Assembly (NCBI GenBank): GCA_951406725.2
Contig: OX597820.1
Span: 115,506,001 to 115,570,000 of the forward strand
DNA: 64,000 nt
Direction: 5' to 3'
From: Octopus vulgaris
Taxonomy: Eukaryota
In this document: piece after piece, positions 54,450 to 64,000 of the stretch
Position numbering within the stretch: position 1 is the first letter of the stretch
Layout: every line of letters starts with the position of its first letter
The notes under the pieces: model-generated
What the model was told of the DNA's origin: nothing
The model's database searches: none
What the model saw: only the letters and a program-made list of their open reading frames with translations
Position numbers and translations under genes: made by a program

Positions 54450-54635
54450 TGGTGCTTTTTTATGTGGCACCAACATGGGTGCTTTCTATGTGGCACCAAT
54501 ATGGGTGCTTTATATGTGGAACCAGCATGAATACTTTATATGCAACACCAGTACGGGTACTTTCTATGTGGCACCAGCACGGGTGCTTTTTATGTGGCAC
54601 CAGCATGGGCGCCTTATATGTGACACCAGCACCTG
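54450..54635 (+). repeat. About 27-bp tandem repeat, 6-7 copies, within an RTE 3' UTR
   Basis: Variants of gggtgctttttatgtggcaccagcac. Confidence 0.8.
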
Positions 54636-55439
54636 CAAGGTCACCAGCATTTAAATAATAAGGAATACCAGAGTAGTAGAAAATATAAAAGCTTAAGTAA
54701 AAATTTTGCTAATTGCTATCCAGATAATATCAGATATATTACAAGTGTCTCAAATAAGAAGGAAATGATAGATAAAGAATTCTTTCCTCAATGAATTCAT
54801 TTGAAAATTTCATTGATCAGGAAATACTGTGGTGTCTGTCTACTTGCCAGGTTTGTGTCAGTGCATCATATCAGTAAGTCAATTGAGAGAATTATCTCTA
54901 AAGAGTTAACTCTCTTAGGAGAAGTTCTAAACTTAGAATGGTCAAGCCAATGTGAGAATCACTGCATAGTTGCTTGGTCTGCTACAAATAGCAACCAAGG
55001 CTCCCTCAAATCACTTCCTACTGTCTTAAATAAACAAAACAACACATTAGACATTGTAACCCAATCCTGTCTTTTTTTGAGTACATGTGGCCTCATTTAT
55101 AACTGATTCATTCATCACTGATCTGGGATAATATTAGCATGCTCAATTGTGAACCATGTTATACTTATCATGGATTGATCTCTGGTAGTACAAGTTAGTA
55201 ATCAAAGGTTCTGTGTGTACCACAAAAACATACCCTGGCAACCACCCACAATGCTCAGCTACCCAGAATGCACTACTGCTTATGTTAACATAACTTTGTG
55301 GTGAAACTATTTATTTTTTATACGGATTTATGTACTCCATCCCATCAACATGAGACCAATGACCTGAAAAAAATACAAAAGGCATCTTATCCTAACAGAT
55401 GACACAACAAGTATATTCTCTACAGCAAAAGGTAGCTTC

Positions 55440-55620
55440 ACTACTGTGGGCCATGAGCTTGGTGTTAATGAATCTACCATTCATTCCATTTATAAAGTGT
55501 GTGGAAAGGATTCGCTTATTGCTGATTCATTTATCACTGTGTTTTTGTTTCAAAACCAAACTCCCTTGATAAACAAAGATAGATGTATTTCTATTTTAAA
55601 GCTTAGGAAAAATGATAAAA
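55440..55620 (+). mobile_element. Pogo/Tigger transposase remnant
   Basis: VGHELGVNESTIHSIYK resembles the CENP-B/psq HTH recognition helix (xGVNESTIRxI). Surrounding sequence is decayed. Confidence 0.45.
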
Positions 55621-57869
55621 AAAAACAAAAGGACTCCAGTTCTGAAAATGTGTGAAATCCAGAAAAGCTCAAATGTATCCATCCATGGAATTTTGTTCTG
55701 TTACATCTCAGACTTACTTTCTCCTTTCTCAATCTCTGTCTTTTCTTCAGCTGCTCTACTAGATTCAGTCCTTCATAGCTTGCCTGCCGTAGCCTCTCTT
55801 CCACACTAAATGTTTCTGTGGTGCTCATCTATTTACTCTTTTGTCAACAATACTTTGTCACTGTCTCTCTACCCACACTATGCCATCTTTCCTTTCAAGG
55901 ACCATTGCTTTATCAAACATCTCTCTCATCTAATGTATTAATACAGTTTATTTCTATTAAACATTTCTATTGCCGCATTAACCACACTCTTCTTATTTTC
56001 TCATTTCATAATTCTAGTCAGAGAGGACCTTCCTGACCTATAGCCAACAATACACTTTGCCATCAAATATATTATTGATAACATTAAAATCCTTCCAATT
56101 GTTGACCCATGATGGCCCTTTAAAGCACATGCATTATTAAAGTTACTCTTTTATTCTTTTTTTATAGATAATTATGACAAATACTTCAATTGTATACCTA
56201 TGGTACCATTGATCAATGGTATCCTTATTCCAGTAAATACACTGCATTTTCTGTGTTTCCTTTTGTTTCTTTATTATTTCACTGATCTTTTGTCTCTGTT
56301 TTATAACAAGGGAATCAAATAAAAGTCCTAAAGTAGTTCATTTAGTTGTAGTAATATATGAGTTTTTATTTTGTCATAAATTTCATCAGTCATCAGTAAA
56401 TAATAGCATAGTCTGTAGAGTTTGTAGTGATTGGTTAGGATGTAAGAAACAGCTTCACCATTTTAAAGAATGGAACATGATTTCAACAGTTTCCAGTTTC
56501 TATGTATATCACAAGAGTGTTTGGAATAAGATTCTCAAGGACTGCAAAAAGAGAAAAATTCATATAATTTAGTAAATAGTCTTTTTGGTATTCATCAAAT
56601 ATTAGACTCATAGATTGAGCTCAGATGGAGATCTGATAATTAGAAATGTATGTGCATGTTGTATTTATGAATTGATGGAGGTCTGTATGTTTATGAGTAG
56701 ATTAATGTAGACCAATCTAATGGTTTTATTCGTTTATTCGTTAGTCAATGTGTGTATGATGGGCTTCCATGCAGTCTTTGTCCACTAATTTCACTCGCTA
56801 TGCATTGGTCACCCTAAGGCTATTGTAGATGTCACTTGCCAAGATTCCATACAGTGGGATAGTACTCAAAACAATCTGGTTACAAAGTGAACTCTTGTCT
56901 CCAGAGCCATAGTTGCACCTTGATGTGTCAAGACTTATTAACATCAGTTTTTATTGGCTTTGTATTCTATTTTAGATTTTTGTTTCTTTTCTTCTGAGCA
57001 CTTCTTAAAAACCAATATACTGAACATGTTTATTTTTTTCTCTTGATTCCACAGTATTGTGGCTTTCATCACTCTCCTATACTTACACTAATAAGAATAA
57101 GAACAGCAATATTTCAGATACATCTAATGGATATGAGACTTATTTATTTATTTATTTGCTGTAGCAATAAACTTGTGAAAGTCCAAGTCAGTTCACTTGA
57201 AAATTGATATTTTGCTTTAAATGACTCATAAATTATCTGTGAAGTAGCCTGCTGCAACCGCAGATTATATCACTTTTTTTTTTATTAATGCTTATATTAC
57301 ATATGTAAACTGTAACATTTAAAGCACTGTCTTTTTGAAAACTGTACTAAATTGATTTATGATTACAAGCAGAAACACTCACCTACCCCACGCCCTGGGT
57401 GTTTTCTGTTGGCTGTTAAATAATATTTACACATTTGATTCTCAATTTGTGTAACTTTTTGATCTGTTACATCTAATTTCTCTTTGTATCCTTTATTCAT
57501 CTAACAGCACACATTCACTCAATAAATAATTTAGAATGATAGCAAGCACTCAAAGACAGTGCTGGTTTGCTCTGCTTTACTTTTCCATTAATATATTTAT
57601 TTTGTACATTAGTTACAAATGTAAAGAGATGGGAAATGGTATTCTATTCCCGTTCATCATGTGAACTATGATAACCCAAACAGTGCAGATCTCAGCAAAG
57701 GAATTAATTATCAGAAATATATAACAGATTTCATGTTATAATCCTTATTGTGTACTGGAAAAGTTTTCTATGATGGTTATTTAAAAAAAAAAACATTCTG
57801 CACAACAATCAAATACTTCAGTTGGGAGAAAATGAGACTAGTCTGTATTAGGAACAATTGACACAAGTA

Positions 57870-58381
57870 CTGTAAATCCTCGAGTATAATCTGCACTTTT
57901 TTCCCAAAATTTAAAGGTCAAAATTCCTAGTGTGTACTATATACGAGGTTAAAAATGAAAATTATTTTCTAAGCAATGTCTGAGTCTCTATTTGCTGTCC
58001 GGCAATGTTTATTCAGACGCATTTTGTGATATTGGGTGCGAAAATACCTTAAGCTAAGCCTGAACGCTATGAAGTCATAAAAGAATTATCTATAACTTGC
58101 AATAAGCAACATTTATTAAACGTTATTACTGTTATTTCTTTATTTTCTGCAAACAAAATGCACAAAAAAAGCTACACGTTTGCATTATGTTATTTATACA
58201 ATAATAATAAAGGACGTTACCGTATACAGTTTTACAAACCAAGGAGTTATATAGACCTCCTTGACTCAAGTTAGAGAAGAGGTGCGTATTATACACAAGG
58301 TTTAGGTTTTTCAGAGGTACAGTCCCCTAAAAATCCCCTGCGTATTATACTCAAGGGCGGACTATACTTGAGGATTTATGG
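57870..58381. mobile_element. Tc2/pogo-type MITE
   Basis: TA|CTGTAAATCCTCGAGTATAATC ... GACTATACTTGAGGATTTATGG|TA: TIRs with TA TSD. The tgcgtattatac motif recurs internally. Confidence 0.8.
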
Positions 58382-59790
58382 TAAATTAAAACCACTCTTC
58401 TTCTTCTTCAAAAACATTCAGCAAATCTGAAAGGATACTGAAATCTACATAATTTGGGTGACGCTGGAGCAAGCTTATAATTTGGAGAAATGTTTTTACT
58501 GATCTATCTGTAGAAAGTAGCGTCATGAAGTGTAAAAGACAGAAAAAGAGACGGAATGTTATGTCGAATTAAAACTAGTTTTCTCTTGTTGATATCTTCA
58601 ATAATAAAAGAGTTTAGAAAACCACATTTTGATAAAAATATATTAAAATTAGAAATCTTAAGAATTGTCTAGAAAGTACAGACTTTAATAATTACTTTCT
58701 CTTTATAAAAGTTACTTACTCCAAACTAATTAATAATCAGCTTTCTCTATTATAGTACAGATTATTACTTAGATTGAATATGCAAAAGACTTTATTCACT
58801 GCTTTTGAACTGTCCGGTCAAATTTACAGTAGTTATGCTGAATAAAGAAAGGCTATTGATAAATATCTATTCTTTTAGTTAACATAACTTACAAATTTCT
58901 TATATTTCTACTTCATAAAGATTTTAATTTTATTTATCTGAAAAATGATACTGTTTATTGAATTTTTTCTCCTGTAAACACTTCTGTCTTTCTTCTTTTT
59001 TTAAATAAAATGTAGTAGTAATTCTTATAACGAACAAAAAAAAAATTATCGCACAGTCCATTAATTCTGTAGTGATAGGAATCTTTTCTGTTTGCCTGCA
59101 CCTGTAGAAATTTTAAAGTTTACTGAAAATTTTTAAATTTGGTGTATTGATGTAATTTTTCATGCTGAATCTCGGGAGAGAATTCACTTTTTCCAGAAAA
59201 TTTTTTAAAAAAGTTACCATGGTTCAAAGTTTGATGATTTCAGTCAGAAAACAGGATTTGGAAGCTGTCATTTTGTGCATAACAGCACATGTTGTCAACT
59301 GCAAACAACTGGAATATTAGTGGAATTCTGCTTTATGCATGTCATATAACCCCTCATAACTTTTTTATTTGACGGGGATTTTTAGAAAATTTTTGCTAAT
59401 TTGTATTCTACATGTGGTAATTCATAAGATTATGCATAAAAAAAAATTGTGCGTGATTTTAAGGCTTATTTAGCTGTTATTTTTAGCACATTTCATGCAG
59501 CATGTGTTTTAAGAATTTAATAAGCGACAAAGAGAACACATGATAAGCAGCTTGGTAACAGCTTGGCTTGTTACTATAGAAACAAGCACCTATATGTTTG
59601 TGGCTTTTGATTGGCTAAAATCACCCCAAATTTGGAAACTTTAAAATCTTTATTTATTGATTTATGGCAGCAAAAATGAATTTCATGTCAATGATTATTT
59701 TACAAAACTACACCAACACACCAAATATAGAATCAATTGGAACAAAAATTGAAGAAATTGGAAAGTGGCAGCCAAACAGAAAAGATCCAG

Positions 59791-59862
<72 letters not shown>

Positions 59863-60424
59863 CAGCAGCAGCAGCAGCAGAAGCAGCAGCAGTAGTAGCA
59901 GCAATAGTTGTAGGGAAGAAGATAATTTCTCTAATGCCTTTTACAAGCTCATGGAAAAAATTTGAACTTTATACAAGTTAATGTAACACCTGTTTATATT
60001 ACATGATTTTTGCTGATCTTCATTCGGTAGTTTTTAACAAATAAATAGAGTAGATTATTGAGAGAAAAGCACCCATTGTAACATGGTTAGCATTAGGAAG
60101 GGTATCTTGCTGTAGAAACCATGCCAAAGCTGACATTGGAGACTGACACAACTTGCCAGACCTTATCAGACCATCCAAATCATGCCCGCATCATTGATAC
60201 ATACGAACCAATTTGTTGCCTCTTCATTCAGTAGGCCACTACCTATTGTCTCATTCAGGCAGCAGAAAGTTACTTTAAAAAGTAATACTGCAGAAGACAT
60301 CACTTGCTTGCCAAATTTAAATTGAAAGTTTCCATATTTAAGAATATATTACAATTCTATCTACATTGATTAAGCTAAAGTATTTTCTTGAACCACCTTT
60401 GTTAATCAATTATCATCTTAACAA

Positions 60425-60865
60425 AGGCGGTGAGCTGGCAGAAATGTTAGCACACCAGGCAAAGTGCTTAGCAGTATTTCATCTGTCTTTACGTTCTGAG
60501 TTCAAATTCCGCCGAGGTTGACTTTGCCTTTCATCCTTTTAGAGTCGATAAATTAAGTACCAGTTGCGTACTGGGGTCAATCTAATCAACTGGCTCCCTC
60601 CCTCAAAATTTCAGGCCTTGTGTCTAGAATAGAAAAGCATTATCATCTTGACAAAAGCGGCAAGCTGGCAGAAATGTTAGCACACCGGGGGAAATTCTTA
60701 GCGGTATTTCATCTGTCTTTACGTTCTGAGTTCAAATTCCACCAAGGTTGACTTTGCCTTTCATCCTTTAGGAGTTGATAAATTAAGTACCAGTTGTGTA
60801 CTGGGGACAATCTAATTGACTGCCCCTCCCCAAGTTTCAGGCCTTGTGCCTAGAATGGAAAAGAA
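60425..60865 (+). mobile_element. Two tandem SINE family B copies
   Basis: Head-to-tail copies separated and flanked by three versions of attatcatcttaacaa. Confidence 0.85.
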
Positions 60866-61687
60866 TTATTGTCTTAACAAGTTTAATCAGCTGCCTAACA
60901 TTTCAAATTAAACAGCTTTATTTCATTATTTTCATCTAAGTTGTCATCTTACAAGCTTGTCAAACTCCTATGTCTAAATTCTGCATTACATCAGACAGAT
61001 ACTTTATACTATAGCAAGCTTTATATTTTCTAATTTTAATAAAACTTTTAAGTGAGTTTGACAAAAAAGTATGATCTGGCTGAATCCGTTGAAACTATAT
61101 TTAATACTGTTTCTGTGTATAATCTTTTATTAGAAATAATCTTAAAATATATTATACTTGGTAAATTAATTTTTATTCAACTAATCATTCATTTTTCTTT
61201 TCCACGTATTCTTTTACTTATAGCGTACAAAATAAAGTACTTATACATTATTTTACTTAGCAATGAAGGTAGCAAACAGACAGAATCATTACCACACTGG
61301 ACAAAATTCTTAGAAGAATTTCTGTCTTTTTACATTCTGAGCTCCAATATCACCCACTGAGGTCAACTTTGTCTTTTGTCATTTTGGGGTTAATAAAATA
61401 AGTACCAGTTGGACACAAGGATCAAGGTAATCAACTTCTCCCTCCCCTCAAAAATTACTAGCTTTGTTTTAAGATTAGAAAGGATTATTTTATTTAAAAT
61501 GTTATAATGTTGTCCTGACAAAAATTCAATAGCAATTAGAAGACTCAATCTATTGAAACACATAACTGGTTTTCAAATTTGACGTTATCACATTTTTGCA
61601 GCAGGCTACCTCACTTTTTACTTTGCATGAGAAATTGAACATTTTTTCAGACTTTATATTTCATTTTGATGGCTTTCTATTCACTAG

Positions 61688-61726
61688 CCATCGCAGTGTC
61701 AAGGAATCCATTCTGCTGTGGGACAG
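61688..61726 (+). CDS. Candidate 39-nt symmetric (phase 2-2) micro-exon
   Basis: ctttctattcactag| ... CAG|gttggt. In frame after 52787 it reads (S)HRSVKESILLWD(R/S). Same donor hexamer as the previous exon. No homology support. Confidence 0.35.
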
Positions 61727-62992
61727 GTTGGTCTTTAATGAATGTTTTTTTTTGTTGATTTGTTTTATGAAGGTGAACCAGAAATGAAGCTAACTTATTC
61801 AACAAAAACCTTAATAGCAACACAGACTTTATTTTAAATTAATTCATTTTAAGTATTTTAAAACTTCAGTTTAAAAATTCTTTGGTAATTTTTTCAACTT
61901 TTTCTTTTTCCCATGAAATAAGTAAATGTTTTCGTTTTAAAAACATTTAGTAATTTTTTTTTCCTATAAAATAAGTGTTCTCATTTAAAAAACATTTAGT
62001 AATTTATATCATATCCAGAATATTCTGTTAAACCTGTTTTTTTTTTTAAATTATTTCTGTTCATAACTGTTTTGTTTCTTAAAGTTTTTATTTTCGTTTC
62101 TCAAATTAATTCATTTACTTAAAAAACTAATATGATTTTCTTGTTAGGTTTTCTTGTTAGTCAAAGAAATCCTCATACATATATTTATTGATGGGTTAAC
62201 CTATTTCTAACCAATAGTTAACTTATTAACCAATAGTTAATACATTGATAAGGATCACTCTCACACTGTAACCTATTCTATATTACTTCAATGTTACAGT
62301 GAAACCTTATTTTTCTGGTCACATATTTCTGCATGAATTTCTTCATTGTGGTAATCTATGATGTTTATTATTATTATTATTAGTAGTAATTGTTTTAATA
62401 TCTTTACAGTCTACGTAAAGTCCATTTATAAGTATACAGGTTTAAAATTATTCACATAAGTGAAAAGAAAAAAATAAGAAAATCTCCCATCCACCCTTTT
62501 CCCCTGCCTACTATTCCTGGGTGGGTTGTTGGGAGTGGAGTCCTCAGGTACTTCTACCATGGGACCTCTTAGAAACAATCCTCGTTACACTTTCTAGCTG
62601 GATTCCCAAGCATGATCACCTGAGACTAGGGATGTCATCCAACCATTCATGCTCTGCATATTTTGTCAGCATAAGTAAAGCCTACTTTGTCAATATGAAA
62701 TACATTGAACTCTCAGAAATACTTGATATTTATGGTGGGTATCTTTCTGTTTTATCTTCTATTTGCTTCAGTCATTCGTCTGTGACCATGCTGGGGCACC
62801 ACACTGAAGAATTTTAGTCAAATGAATTCAATCCAGTACTTATATCTTTCATTAAAGCCTGGTACTTATCCTATCAACCTCTTGCCGAAACACTGACTTA
62901 CAGGGATGTAAACACACCAACACTGGTTGTCAAGCAGTAGTGGCAGACAATTGCAGATACAAAGACACACACACACACACATATATACACAT

Positions 62993-63155
62993 ATATATAA
63001 TTGTTAAAGAGGACAACAAACTTTAAGGCAAGGCAAACATCTCAAGTCATATTCAACATTATTACAGGAAGAAATTCTCTGTGTAATAATAATATATATG
63101 ACTTGAGATGTTTGCCTCGCCTTAATGTCTGTTGTCCTCTTTAGAAATTATATAT
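62993..63155. repeat. Fold-back palindrome inside a SINE microsatellite
   Basis: taaagaggacaaca...aggcaaacatctcaagtcatat / atatgacttgagatgtttgcct...tgttgtcctcttta; unique extension to about 63290. Confidence 0.85.
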
Positions 63156-63539
63156 CCACTATATCGGAAATCTGCAATGGCTCCATAACTACTGTCTCAG
63201 CTATAACTTTGAAGCCCTTGTAATCCATTACAGCACTTATCTAGTATACCTAGTCTTTTATATCACTTGTGAGATAAAACCCCATACTTTGTGTGTGTAT
63301 ATATATATATGATGGGGGTTCTTTCAGTTTCTGTCTACCAAATCCACTCACAAGGCTTTGGTCAGCTTGAGGCTATAGTAGAAGACACTTGCTCAAGGTG
63401 CCATGCAATGGAACTGAACCCAAAACCATGTGGTTGGGAAGCAAACTTCTTACCACACAACCACACTATCTATATATCATAAATGTAGCATATCGCCTTA
63501 ATGGTTCATATCCATTTAGAAGTAGTAGATTGTGATATT

Positions 63540-64000
63540 TGTAGTGACGGCATTTTCCAGTGTGCGCACACGCAACGTCATTCTTCAGTGTGCGTGTGCA
63601 GAATGTCATTCTTCAGTGTGCGTGTGCGGGGCTGGAACCTTTCTGGAAAGGCCTAAGGAAGTTCCCTCATGCACATGCGCAAGAGACTGGGGAAGAAAAT
63701 TCTATCGCGTTCCTTGTTTAGCGTCGTCGATTTGAGACATGGCTATTGAAGCGAAAGGACGTGTTAAACGTGTGATCAGCCATTCTCCTGTCCCAGACAC
63801 TTAGAATTTGACCTGCTCTGTTGCTGCTGAATTTGTTGTAAGAATCTTACAAATGTTAAAATTCAGCTTTGCTATATCGAACCAAGTGGATACCAATATA
63901 CCAACGTACTTCTTTTGTAAATAAGAAATAAAGAGAATATATATTTTTAAGGTTGCGTTCTTGTTCCTGACTGGTAGATTCTGGAAATTGAAGCAAGGAA
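63540..64000 (+). mobile_element. CpG-rich LTR-like segment (end not seen)
   Basis: Starts TGTAGTG, has short tandem repeats gtcattcttcagtgtgcgtgtgc and AATAAA near 63928, with CpG visibly retained. A promoter is an alternative reading. Confidence 0.35.

Overview
AT-rich, microsatellite-dense eukaryotic DNA whose repeats (tRNA-derived SINEs, RTE tails ending in (GAT)n) look like octopus/coleoid cephalopod; the organism is inferred. Almost all ORFs in the supplied track are repeat or microsatellite artefacts. One real gene crosses the window on the + strand: exons 42306-42400 and 52627-52787 splice in frame into most of a CRIP-type LIM domain, best resembling the N-terminal LIM of invertebrate RASSF. 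Weaker candidate exons lie at 22163-22211, 23044-23077 and 61688-61726. The rest is intronic or intergenic: SINEs, RTE, Tx1 and CR1-like LINE remnants, a mariner fossil, a Helitron, two MITEs and a solo LTR. The most notable signal is a set of fold-back mini-elements inserted in (TA)n tracts, probably Penelope-like termini. Several of these and related repeats carry hammerhead-ribozyme folds with unusual cores (G3-C8 swap, U4C, greatly extended helix II). Also notable are a SINE copy with a clustered A>G (ADAR-like) signature, a strongly G-depleted 2.4 kb tract and a near-perfect inverted duplication at 38.3-41.3 kb. All alignments and folds were done by eye.
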